A stretch of 62,586 nucleotides of DNA, the filler included, from Nemertoderma westbladi (taxonomy: Eukaryota > Animalia > Xenacoelomorpha), in the NCBI GenBank assembly GCA_032718475.1. It is 4 parts of 4 records of this genome, joined end to end, with 100 filler letters (N's around TTAATTAATTAA, not from the genome) between each part and the next. Parts side by side here need not be neighbours in the genome. Positions count along the whole stretch, not along the records: positions 1 to 20,004 come from JAUCBJ010004143.1; 3 more parts are not named here. One strand, written 5' to 3'. How positions within the stretch are numbered: the stretch's first letter is position 1; every line of letters begins with the position of its first letter. The notes below the pieces were generated by a model. The model was not told where the DNA came from. It did not search any database and saw only the letters and a program-made list of their open reading frames with translations. A program made the translations under genes and the position numbers. This document shows, one piece after another, positions 1-11,797 of this stretch.

Positions 1-3000
1 AATATTAATAGTACCATAGTGGATAATTCTAACCAAACTTTTGTTGCAGGAAATAATATTTTGCCCGATAGTAGTAATTTAAATCCGAGCCATTTTAATA
101 TGAATGTAGGATTACTATTTAAATTATTTCCTACATTGTAGGAAATAATTTAAATAGTAATCCCGTTTCGAATTTACAAAATAATTCAAATATTTTATAT
201 TTAGATAAGCAAAATAATTTAAATAATAATCCCGTTTCTAATTTAGGTGTACAAAATAATTTAATTGATTTAGAGGATAATATTGGTAATGGTGCTATTA
301 ATATAAACGTGGCGGATGTGCGTGGCCCGGCAAATGAGAGCCTGGTAGGCCACGTAGTTAGTAGGCAGGAGGTGGCGGGGGTGAGAAACCCCAGTGAGGG
401 CCTGGTAGGCCGCGTAGTTAGTGGGCAGGAGGTGGCGGGGGTAGGAAACCCCAATGAGGGCCTGGTAGGCCACGTAGTTAGTAGGCAGGAGGTATCGGGG
501 GTGAGAAACCCCAGTGGGAGCCTGGTAGGCCACGTAGTTAGTAGGCAGGAAGTGACGGGGTTGAGTCAACCCGAGGCGGGCCTGGTAGGCCGCACAGTAG
601 TAGAGGGAGAGGCGGGGGTGAATGGACCCAGCCGCAGTGGGGTTAGTGTGTCGACTAGAGAGGGGTGTGGAGTGAAGCAAGAGATGGTGAAGTAATAGGT
701 GGCGAGTGGGGGGGGGGGGGGGGGGGGGGGGCTACAGGAGCCCCACAACGAGAGATTAGCGCGAGAGGGGGGGGGGGGGGGGGCAAAGAGTGTCCCACAA
801 GCGTCGGCGGATAATGCGCTGGGCAAATTAGGTGAACCGCAGCACCTGGCGATGGAGAATAGTAGGGGGGTTACGAATATCCCCAGCGGCGTGCGATCGA
901 GCAGAGAGAGACAGGTTGACGTCGCGAGAGGGCGAGCAACGAGACGTCGAGCCCAATCAGAAGAGGGAAGAAGAGCAGTGGAGTTTAACCGGGAGGTCGA
1001 TGAGAGATCTCACGAGCGGGGATACTGCACTGCAGAGAGAAAAAGGAAAGAGAGTAGAAGAAGTGTCGTCGCGAACGATAGGAGAGCGAGGACGGATAGC
1101 GAGCTGTTAGTAGTAGAGATGGAGATGGAGAGTCAGTGGGGTCGAACTCCGGGAGATTGCCGTCGTCCCGGGAGACGCGACCTGACGAGGCGTACTATGC
1201 ACCAAGAGAGGGGTACGGGATGTACCGGTACGAGGACGAGAGCAGTAGAGGGGATCGAAGAGAAACTTCCCAACGGGAAACACCTGCCGATCGAGAATAT
1301 GGTAGCCGCGGGGAGGATTATTCGAGAAGGTTAAACTTCGACCCCGAGCGACACATACAGACTGGAGGACATACTGTAGGCCTTACTGCACATACCATAG
1401 GCCACGCTGGAAGAGATAATGTAGGCGATAGGATAGCGCGGACCACGGGATTAAACCCGGAGGTCGCGGAGTACATACCGGCAGGTAGGCCAGAAGTGGA
1501 TAGGCCTATACCGGTACCAGCACAGCAGTATGACTACAGCATGCAAGGACATAACATATATCCAGGGGAGGGGAGAGTTATTGCGGATAGGTGCATGGGC
1601 CCCAATATATTAACATCCACCCCAGTATCAAACATACCGGTGGGGGGGGGGGGGGGGGACAGGGTGACATTCCCCCATCACAATATCAACAATACACCTC
1701 AATAGGAATAAGAACATCGAACCCCTTGGACGAGAATAGATCGTGCGACACCGAAATATGGAGGGGGCCGCTACCCCCGATGATATATCCAAGCCAAAGA
1801 TAGGCAGCGAATAGGACGAACGGGCCGCACCCAACAGGAGAATCTATACAGCATCCATCGAACCCATTGCAAGCACAAGCGATGGGAATGGCCACATTGA
1901 TCGATGCATTAAAAACCAGGATAGAGTTACCACCCGTGGAACCATTTAAATTCGATGGAAGCAGGCCGGAAGAATACCTGCAGTTTCGGCGCATGTATAG
2001 CAATGAAATACTAACGAAGAATTTGACACAAGCGGAGTGCCTAAAGTATCTGCAAGTGTATACAGGAGGCCCAGCATACGACATCGTGAGGCAATACCAG
2101 GGCATCGAGGGCGGCTTCACGACAGCATGGCGGGCACTAGACAGGGAGTACGGGCACCCGGCCAAGATCATCTGGCAGACCCTGAGAGGTATAACATCGG
2201 GTGGCCTACAGGATAACCCCGTCAGCAAAAAGACATTCGCGAACAAAGTTGAGAAGGCGCTAATCGTGCTAAAGACACTGGACGCACCATACGAACTCAA
2301 CGCGTCTAACAACATCACCACGATAGTGCAGGCACTGCCGATGTGGCTGCGCAACAAGTGGAGGAAGATCGCTTTCTCCGCTCGAGACAAGAAGGGTGCG
2401 GAACCGGGTTTAGAAGAAATGTCGAGCTTCTTAAACTATGAAGCCGAACTAATAACGGACCCAGTCTATAGCGAGGATAGCCTGGGAAAGGGACCAAAGA
2501 CCGAATACCACAGGCCGAAACCAGAACATAAAGCGGCGAACGCATTGCCAAAGCTCAGACAGTCACTGCCGTACGCAGCAACGCAGGGGACTACCAGTCC
2601 ACAAGTAGCCGGGGGTAAGACCACATCATGGAGCGGACAGGGGAAAAATAATAACACAAATAAACATAACCCCAGCACACCCAGTAGGCCGAACCCAAGC
2701 AATAAGAACAGTAGGGACTTTGGTACGAACGCAAGTGCGATATGCAGCGCACTGTATAAGGACGGCTACAACCCAAAGAACAAATGCCAATTATATACAA
2801 ATTCACTTCATCAGACCATGAACTGCAGGTATTGGCAAGCGCTACCCTGGTCGGAATACGCGAGGAGAAATAAAATTTGTTCTCGATGTGTGATGAGTGG
2901 ACACAAAGCTAGCCAATGCAAGGAAACACCAATCAAATTCGGTCAAAGTAAAGGGCAGACGATGGCAACGAGCACCATAGGGGCAAAGAAGAGAGGAACG

Positions 3001-3558
3001 GTACTACTCAGGGTAGTATCAGTGCGGGTGATTGGGGAAGGCAATCGATCAGTAACCACGCTGATGCTGGTCGACAGTGGAGCAGCCTTCACGTTGGTTG
3101 AGAATTGGGTGGCCGAAGAGATAGGATTGAGGACGGGGCCAAGTAGAATGGCGGTAACAACCATCTCCAGCAAAGATGAGGTCCTGGAGATGAGGACCGG
3201 TCGGTGCGGGATAGCAGCGATAGCACCAGGATGCGACTACGGGGCGACCATCGACCCCGTCCAGGTGATAGAGTCGATAAATATCAACGCCAGGCGACCA
3301 ACCAACATCGAGGTCGAACAATATAAATTCCTGGACAACATCGACTTCTCAATACCAGATGTGGACATTAGGAAGGTATCCATTATAGTAGGAATGGACT
3401 GCCCGACGGCCCACGAGAGAATGCAGACGGTCTTCCGATACCGTTTAGGATGTCAGAGACATCAGGATGCATATTCGCGGGAACTATGCGGGAGATGGAA
3501 GACAAAGGAGCGGAGGAGCAGCTCAGGAGACTGCTCAGGCAGGATTTTGAGGGATTGA
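1..3558 (+). pseudogene. gag: BEL/Pao gag + aspartic protease, broken into ORF pieces (309-695, 699-1334, 1136-1705, 1867-3558)
   Basis: BEL Gag core LPPVEPFKFDGS..YLQF..LKYL..AWRALDREYG, knuckle CSRCVMSGHKASQC, protease LVDSGA. The upstream part is N-rich, repeat-rich and RE/RS-rich and is split by stops and frameshifts. Confidence 0.85.
337..600 (+). repeat. 60-bp in-frame tandem repeat (~4.4 copies) in gag N-terminal region
   Basis: CCTGGTAGGCC recurs at 341, 401, 461, 521, 581. It encodes 20-aa units like EGLVGHVVSRQEVAGVRNPS. Confidence 0.9.
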
Positions 3559-3663
3559 AAGAGACCGGGCCGGGGTCGGAACCTCGGTAGAAGATAAACA
3601 GGCTTTACAGAGCGTAAAGGAATTGATGACATGCAATGAGGGGCGGTATACCATAGGGATGGT

Positions 3664-6600
3664 ATGGAAACTACGAAATTACCACTACCCAACAACAAAG
3701 GAATGGTACTCACGAGGCTTCGTAAGTTGAAGCAAACGCTAAAACGGAGCCCCGAAAAGAATGAGTACATTCATAAGACGATTAAGAAGTACGTCGAGAA
3801 AGGATGGGCCGTAGAGTTACCGGTCGATGAACCGAACACGGACAGGACCTATTACCTGCCACTCCATGTGGCTCTAGATCCGAAGAAAGGTATACTGCGG
3901 ATGGTAGTTGACGCGTCGGCCAAAACCGACGGCAAATGCCTAAACGATTATCTGTTGGAGGGTCCCAATATCTATAACTCAGGGATCGAGGTCCTACTCA
4001 TATTCAGGAACAGGAAACACGCCTTCACCTGCGACATCGAAGGCATGCTCAACCAAGTCCGTGTAACGGAAGAGGATAGCGACAGTCAGCGCTTCCTATG
4101 GTACAACGGTGACGAGGAACCGTCGACAATACCGATGTATAAGATGGTAGTACAGAATATGGGAGCCAAGTCATCTTCATTTACGATGACTGTGGCCGTA
4201 AGGGACACGGTAGAAGGGAAGGAAGATAATTATAGCGCCAAAGCCGTCAATATGATTCGACGCGGCTTCTATGTAGACGACGGGATGGAGTCTAGAAATA
4301 CGGTTAAGGAACTACTGGATACGGGGCGCGAGGTTCGCGACATCCTAAAAGGATCCGGGTTTAACCAACCAAGTTCCAATCCAGCTCGCAAGAGCTCATG
4401 AAAGCCATAGAGGACAGGAGGCCAGAGTCGACCATGGATAATCCCACGACAGCCAAGGGACAGGACATGGTGAACAAAAGGGTAGAGTCCCAGCAGAAGG
4501 CACTAGGGATCGTGTGGAACAGAGAGACAGACGAACTGAAGTACCAATTGAGCCAGGAGGGCGCAGACATCCACACAAAGAGGGGCTATGTGTCGTACAT
4601 AGCAAGGATATATGACCCCCTAGGCCTAGCATCCCCATTACTAGTCACAGGGAAACAGATACTTAAGAAAGTATACAAACTAAAGGAAGAATGGGACACA
4701 GAGGTCCCGGAAGAGATCAGCAAGCAATGGAGCAAGTGGACAGAGTTTAGAACAGATGGGGACATACAGCATGCCGAGGGTGTATTTCCCGAATGGGGAC
4801 ATGACGGACCTGGATCTACACATGTTCTCCGATGCGTCATTGGAGGCATATGGAGCGGCACTCTACCTAGTACAACGGGAGGGGGCTCATAAGCCCAGGC
4901 TTGCATTCAGCAAAGCTAAGTCGACGCCGCCAGATTCAGCATCAGTCCCGAAACTTGAGTTGACAGCTGCGAGGTTAGGAGTAAGGGCCACAGCCTACTT
5001 GATGGATGCTATTCCCAACATAGTGGAAACACACTACTGGATGGACTCCATGGTAGTGCTTGGTTGGCTACACAATGAGAGGACGAGATACCCTATATTC
5101 GTCGCAAATAGGGTGGACGAAATAAGAGCCATGACGGAATTGGAAAGGTGGCACTACTGCCCAACGGACGAGAACCCAGCAGACTTGTTATCGAGGGGCG
5201 TTAACACGCCACACTTTCTTGAAGAAGGAAGTATTGTGGCAACACGGGCCGCAATTTCTGAACGATAAGACAGCCTGGCCGCCGATGAGAAAGGTGGACC
5301 CGGGCTCAGGAGAAGTAGCATTAGAGGAAGAGGGAGGGGATTCAGAAGGTGAAGAGATATATAGCCAGATGGTGAGGGAGATAAGGGACGTGCAACCAAA
5401 ACCGGAAGAACTGTGCGATAACCCGACGGACAAACTCCTTAGCTACAGCTCAAGTTGGTATAAGACCAAGAAGTTAGTGGCGTACTGGAGAGCCTTCGGG
5501 GATTTCCCCAAGGGAGTCGGCAAAGACATAAAAAATAAACCGCACATTGATCTGGAGGGAGCGGCCAAGGCCATCATCTGCTACGAACAGAAAAAGAATT
5601 ACGGCGACGGGGTGGAACGCGTCGGTAAACAACAGCATCTCCGACCGGACAGTGAGCTGATCGCGCTGTCGCCACAACTCAATGATGATGGAATCTTAGT
5701 AATGAACTCTAGGGTGTTGAACAACAACAGTATCATCATTCCACCAAAGCCCATCATCATCCCTAATGGTTCGCCGATAGTCCACCAGATCATCTGGGAC
5801 TCCCACAAGTCGATATTGCACGGGGGCACCAACCGAACCCTCACGGAGATATGAAGGACCTTTTGGGTCAAACAGTTAAGAAAGAAGGTAAAGGCGGTAG
5901 TGGGGCAGTGCCAGACCTGCCGACGAACAAAGAAGGAGCGAGCCATACATACACATGGCGCCACTACCGATTAAGATTAAGGTGATGCGGCACACGGAGA
6001 AGCGCTACGGCATTATCTTTGTATGTAACAACACGCGGGCGGTAGGGATAGAACTCGCCCAAGACGCAACCGCGTCGGCATTAATCAATGCCCTTGAGAG
6101 GTTCAGAGACCACAAAGGTGGGACGATCGCAGTAATATACTCCGACAACGGAACCAACTTTGTGGGGGCAGAGAACGAGCTGGCGGATGCCTTGGACATC
6201 ATGGAAGGGGAGGAAGTCAGGGCAGCCATGAGAAGACAACAGGTGAAGTGGGAGAGGAGGACACCGTATGCTCCGCATACTCTAGGATGCGTCGAGAGAC
6301 TCGTGGGTAGGTCCAAGCGTCTGATGATGAAGTTGATGAACACCCACATGGTAACAGAGGACGTACTGAGGACGGTACTAGCAAAGTGTGAGGGTATCAT
6401 TAATAGCAGGCCGCTATATCCAGAAAATGATGACCCAGAGTTATTAGATGTGCTGACGCCCAGTCACTTTCTAATGGAGAGGCCGACGACCATCGACATG
6501 CGGGGTGTAGACCCAGACGATATACACTCCCGACAGAGTTGGAAAGTCGCCAAGGCGATAAGCGCAGAGTACTGGAGGAGGTGGGTCGAGGAATAGCAAG

Positions 6601-6857
6601 AAGATATAGAAGAGATAGGAGAAGCAAGTGGAGATATACAAATAGGGAGTTGAAGGAGGGTGATCGTCACGGACGATACCATCATCAACAACCAATGGAG
6701 ATTGGCGAGGGTTGTGGGCACTTACTCCGATGAGGACGGAAGAGTCCGATCGGTAGAAGTGCGGATAGGTGGTAAGATAGGAGCGAAAGATAGGAAGACC
6801 TACAGGAGGGCTGTAGGAAAGTGCTGCCTGCTAGAGGGCGCACCTTATTTGAGTTGA
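3664..6857 (+). pseudogene. pol: BEL/Pao pol (RT, RNase H, integrase), frameshifted
   Basis: Successive ORFs 3664-4401, 4398-4892, 4756-5268, 5219-5854, 5955-6596 and 6660-6857 carry collinear BEL pol motifs. There are several frameshifts and stops. The integrase lacks the usual GVDYFGP segment (it reads MAPLP|IKIKV). Confidence 0.93.
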
Positions 6858-7009
6858 GTTTAGTCGTCCAAATGTTGGACTGAGGGGGGTGGGATTGAGG
6901 GCGAGACGCCCTTGCCACACATAAATAAAAAAAAAAAAAAAAAAATAAATAAAGAAAGAGAAAGTAATAGTACGTAGTAGGTACGTAGTGAGTAAAATAG
7001 GCAGATAGA

Positions 7010-7420
7010 AGTTAGTAAGAGTTAGTAGTAAGAGGGTACGTAGTACCATTAGTTAGAGTTAGAAGTTAGTAAGAGGGTACGTAGTACCGGTTAGTAAGAG
7101 TTAGTGGAGTTAGAAGTTAGTAAGAGGGTACGTAGTACCGGTTAGTAAGAGTTAGTAGAGTTAGAAGTTAGTAAGAGGGTACATAGTACCGGTTAGTAAG
7201 AGTTAGTAGAGTTAGAAGTTGGTAAGAGGGTACGTAGTACCGGCTAGTAAGAGTTAGTAGAGTTAGAAGTTAGTAAGAGGGTACGTAGTACCGGTTAGTA
7301 AGTGTTAGTGGAGTTAGAGGTTAGTGAGAGGGTACGTAGTACCGGTTAGTAGGAGTTAGTTAGAAGTTAGTAAGAGGGTACGTATAGTACCGTTAGTAGC
7401 AAGAGTTAGTGGTAGGAAGG
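7010..7420 (+). repeat. 51-bp tandem array (~7-8 copies) between pol and ORF3
   Basis: AAGAGGGTAC(G)TAGTACC recurs at 7071, 7122, 7173, 7224, 7275 and 7326. Confidence 0.9.
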
Positions 7421-7914
7421 TATGTATGATATAAAATATAGTGAGAGTTAGTAGAGATTAGTTAGGAAGTTAGTAGAGATAGTAGTGAGTAGCGAGAGGG
7501 GGGCACGTGGGTATAGCTGGATAAATCGTGTAGGCCACGCGACGCATACTGTTGTACTGCACAGGCCCACAGAGTAGGCCAGAATGCGGATTATAGAATA
7601 GAATAATCCACTGGCGGAATACTGATAGCACAGTGGTAGGATTAAATTAAATTAAAATAAAATTAGAAATTAGACAAAATATGGTAACAGTAGGAGAAAT
7701 ATTCTGGAACATAATTAAAGTAACGGACAGAATTACGAAATTTAGTACAATTTGATAGATTTAGAAAATTAGGTAGGAAAATTAGGCGATAACTTAGGAT
7801 TCTGTGAGAGATAGGCCATTGTCGAACTGTATAAACCATCGTAACTTTATCACTCATCTGTACTGCGCCTTGGCAAGGCACTACCTTACAGGTTAGCGAT
7901 TGAGAGAGTTCGAA

Positions 7915-10499
7915 ATGGCGGAGAAACTTGTCCGAAAGAGAAAGGCGGAGTTAGGAGGAAAGGAGATACTGGTGGATTTCACCGAGAGGCATCCGGAAGA
8001 AAAGACGAGGGGATACTATGAGCGGTTAGAGAGAGGTCACAAAGCGCGAGTGCTACAGGACCATTTCAGTGAGGTGCATGAACAGCGGCTGGTCGGGACC
8101 TACGGGACGCCATCGCTGGACAACGCGATCTTCGAGCATTTCCACTACATGGTAAAGGGAGATGAGGCAAAGTTCGGGATTCCGAAGTACGCAAAGGAGC
8201 CACCGAGGAAGGATTGGAAGAGGTTCGTAGAGTCCATCAGCAGGGGAGGATACATGGTCCTAGACGATGAGGGGACCGTGGAAGATGAGGAAGCTTCGAG
8301 AAGAGGATCGGCGGGATCGGCCAGAACCATACTCCTACATTTGGCCGCGCCAAATGGGGACATTTTCCTATTTGACCTGGGAACGTATGGGAAGAAGAAC
8401 AGGCCAAAGTTGAACCAGTTGCCAAAGGCGGTGCAAACCCTAGTAAGAGAGAAGTCGACGACGAGAAGGTGGGATCGGCGATCCGCGACGATGCGGAGAG
8501 ATTCATCGGTCCGGACACCCCCAACCTCCTGGACATGCAGATGGTCTACATGGCTATGACAGCACCAGACGGGTTGGGACTAGTGGAGAACGCAGGCCAT
8601 TGTGGAGCGGTGGCGATGGGCCAGCTAATGGGGCTCGTGTGTCACAAACCAATGGACAAGGGTAAGTTCAGAGAGGAGTATGGAGTGGAGTTAGCGAACT
8701 CGCTGAAGTGGGGAGCGAGGCCAGGGAAACAAGAGGTGTATCAATTCTGGAGAGGAGCGATAAAGGTATATCAGAAGCAATATATCCTGCAGGAGGACTG
8801 GATAAGGATAGGTTTGCTAAACCTATTCATGACCGTCGTCATTGAGAGAGAACCAACGGCATTCCTGCTATCGGGATCACCCCTGAACTACAGAAGAGCC
8901 TTCAAGACGGCTTTTGAGGGTCTGGTAGACCACCCAGGGCTGAAGGGTGAGTCGGTATACTATAACTGCCGACATCTAGTAGACGGGGAGGTGGATATGC
9001 CATATCAGAGGTGGGAGCAGCTAGAGGCGGATAGACGAGAGGCGAAGCAATTGGAAGAAATCGCTAGGCGAGAAAGGAGGGAGACAGAAGAAAGGGAGGA
9101 GGAAGCAAGAAGGGAAAGCTACGGGTTCGAGGAACAGGCGACCTTAGATGAACTTCGTTGGACATCATCAGGGAGTTCGGGCGAGTCTCTAGGGCGAGAA
9201 TTAGGGTGGACGGTGGGATCACCGAAACAGTCGACATCGGGATTGCAGGCGACGCCCATACCAGCGGGCGCCGAGGGCGATTATACATTGAGGAGGCCAG
9301 GGGAGCTGGAAGGATGGAGGATCACGGGCGAGAGCCAAGGTGGGAAGGGACACAATGGGTCCACCGGTATACCGGGGTTGGAGTCACTCCCAGAGAAGGA
9401 CGAGGATGACGACGAGTTCGGAGAGATGCCGCCCATCGGGAGAATCGGCCACTCAGACACGGACTGGGTTGGCGGGAGGGTGGTGACGGCCAGTGGGGCG
9501 AGAGCCTTCTGGGACAGACCCGGCAAGCGGGCCTGGGTGCATGAGGAGCCGGCGATGGATTTCGCGGGGAGCACCATCAGGTTGGGCGAACAACCGGGAA
9601 CGGCACCACGAGTAGTATTCGGAGAGATGATGCCCGGGAGGGGCGAGGAGATAGACGTGGACAGGGATGCTAACGTCCAGAAGTTCGCTTACCAGCGACT
9701 CCACAGACCGCGGAGATCGCTTGGGACGAAAGACGACGTGGGGCGGGAGACATTGGTGCTCGGCTGTGATTACTGTGGGAGGCAACCCCACCAGGAAAAG
9801 AGCTGTTTGTACCGATTCCAGAAAGGGACTAGTTGTCTCTACTGCCGCGAGTCGAGCCACAGGATGGGGGCGTGTCCACGGTTGCACAACCGATGTTCCA
9901 TTGTTCCGATGTGCAACTTCCGGGGGCACTACGGACGCCAGTGCGACTGGATGGACAACGAAGAGAAGTTTAGGATCTTCGAGGAGTGGGCCGATGTCGG
10001 CGCCATGACACGGCAGCGTATGAAGGCCCAGGAGTTCAGGTGGGGCTTCTTTAATATTAACCAGGAGGCCCACCTGGAGATTATCAAACGAAGACTTCCG
10101 TTTACCTACCAGGAGGTATCAACGGCGGCGTCGTACGCCGGGGTGATAAATACGCAGAGGTAGGCCTATTTGGACAGGTGGACGCCACAGAACCGAGGGG
10201 AGTTCAGAAATTTCTTGGCGGAGCATGTGCCGCGGGCGATGAAAGTGATCCTATGGGACGCCACTAGGGGGAAACAACAGGGCCATTCGGAGGGGCCACC
10301 CGCGAAGCGATACCGGGAGCTGATAACACCAGCGCCCAAGGAGTCGACGACCGGGATTAGTAGAGAGGTGATGGCGAGGGTCAGGAGCCTGAAGGGAGAT
10401 AAGACCAAGTTAGCGGCAGTGGCCAGGAAACGACCAAGGGAGGAGGACGACAGAGGGAAGGACTTGAGATGGTTCCCAAAGTCAGGTGGAACGAACTAG
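7915..10499 (+). pseudogene. BEL ORF3: DEDDy 3'-5' exonuclease-like domain + acidic/coiled linker + three CCHC zinc knuckles (~860 aa once one frameshift near 8460 and one TAG at 10161 are repaired)
   Basis: ATG at 7915 in gaaATGg context. ExoI-like GYMVLDDEGT (D at 8263, E at 8269), then ILLHLAAPNGDIFLFDL, LPKAVQTLV..KVGSAIRDDAERF (ExoII-like), LLDMQ, and W....YQKQYILQED (ExoIII-like). Knuckles CDYCGRQPHQEKSC, CLYCRESSHRMGAC and CSIVPMCNFRGHYGRQC at 9765-9944. ORFs 8469-10163 and 10170-10499 share one frame. Confidence 0.8.
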
Positions 10500-11180
10500 A
10501 ACTTGGGTGTGGGATGCCTGGAAGGCACCACGTGAGAAGTATGAACTCCTAAGTGCAAAATTTAAATAATTAAAAGTGCAATTAGTATGTAAGTATGTAA
10601 TAATCATTAGTTTAGTAAGCAAATATAATCAAAGTAAGTACTATAGTCATATAACTTTTTCCAATTAGCTACTGGGACTGGGGACCAGTTGACTATGACA
10701 GACGAGACGTTGGACGACATCACACTTCTTGAGTGCGACGGCACAGGAGGGGGGTGAGACTCGTCAGGAGTGAGTGGGTGAGATAGGGGTTGAGTAATAG
10801 CGCGGAGAGAGTGCGGGTGCAATTCAAGTGTGGGGGGGGGGGGGGGAGAAGTAAGAGGCAGAGTGAGGGACTAGGAGGTCCGGGAGTTAGAGCGGAAGTA
10901 AAGAGAAGTAGAGGAGAGTCAGGGTGAGAGTGGAGGAGTTAGAGTGGAGTTAGAGTGGCGAGAGTGTTGGGGAAACAAAAATTGTGTGAGAGAAGCCCAC
11001 AATCAGCCCGACACGGGACGCCAGATGTCTTGGTGCAAGATAGATAAAGTTGCACCAAGGCAGGGTAGCGATATCATACCCATAGGGAGCGGCCTGGAAA
11101 GCCGGCTCCGAGTAAAATAATTCCACCCCACACCCGATAGTAAATCGGGATCCAGCGGAATTGTAGCGCACTAGAGGTGG

Positions 11181-11218
11181 ATGCTATCTTCTCACCGGGA
11201 AGATAGCATAGGGGGGAG
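11181..11218 (+). promoter_or_regulatory. Perfect 11-bp stem-loop followed by polypurine tract of the BEL element
   Basis: ATGCTATCTTC (11181-11191) pairs with GAAGATAGCAT (11199-11209). AGGGGGGAG follows, directly abutting the LTR TG at 11219. Confidence 0.85.
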
Positions 11219-11797
11219 TGTTAGCGAATTCAATTCTGCTAACCACCCCACAAAGTTGGACAAGCAGGGCCTTTAAGCAATATTGGGGAGTATGAGGTTG
11301 ATTGCCAATCGACCTCGTATCACTCCAATAAACGGGGACGACAAACCCCAAAGGGCCACACACACAACGGGGGTCAGAGGTTACACCTCCGGGAGAGGGA
11401 AAGTGACAGTGGAGGGGGAGAACACTCCCAGAGAGATGGGAGGGCGAGAATTAGGTTATTAGCCAATGGGGGGCAGGCATCCGCTGAGTAATATGGCCAA
11501 CCTAGAGCAGTATATTACCAGTTGTTGTTTCTCATATCATTTACTTAGTTAGTCAGTTCAGTTAGGGCGGAACGGCAACTTTTATTACCGTCCACTGCCG
11601 CCACCATCATGAACTATTTTACCGGTGTTTCATTCACTTACTTAATTCAATAACTGTGTCTATGCTTTATTCATTCACTATATTTATACATATTAATCAA
11701 CAACTTCAGAACTCTCAATCCAATAAACTCTTTTCACACACGGCGGGGACACGTAAATAAAACAACCAACCGGTCGGGATTCCTGGATCCCGTAACA
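11219..11797 (+). repeat. 3' LTR of BEL element (579 bp)
   Basis: Begins TGTTA right after the PPT and ends TAACA (inverted termini). Contains CCAAT near 11463, a TATA-like TATATTA near 11511 and AATAAA at 11722. Sequence after 11797 switches abruptly to another repeat. No second copy in the window to confirm. Confidence 0.8.

Larger units (their letters stand above)
1..11797 (+). mobile_element. BEL/Pao (Belpaoviridae) LTR retrotransposon, decayed, with extra third ORF; 5' end outside window
   Basis: Domain order gag, protease (LVDSGAAFT), RT (GFYVDD), RNase H (LHMFSDASLEAYGAALY), integrase (IYSDNGTNFVGA). BEL-specific motifs YYLPLH..RMVVDAS, YDPLGLASP, WHYCPTDENPAD, LTPSHFL. PPT and TG..CA LTR at the 3' end. 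Strong purine bias on + throughout. Confidence 0.95.

Noticed and set aside
7010-7420. GTTAG-rich array as telomeric repeat
   Set aside because: The unit is 51 bp, not TTAGG or TTAGGG, and it lies inside the retrotransposon.
131-10408. Many minus-strand ORFs over the BEL element (e.g. 1686-2390, 9453-10073)
   Set aside because: Antisense shadows of the + strand coding sequence with no recognisable motifs.
7915-10499. ORF3 as a retroviral-type env gene
   Set aside because: No signal peptide, no transmembrane anchor and no ectodomain Cys pattern. The motifs are nuclease-like and zinc-knuckle-like.
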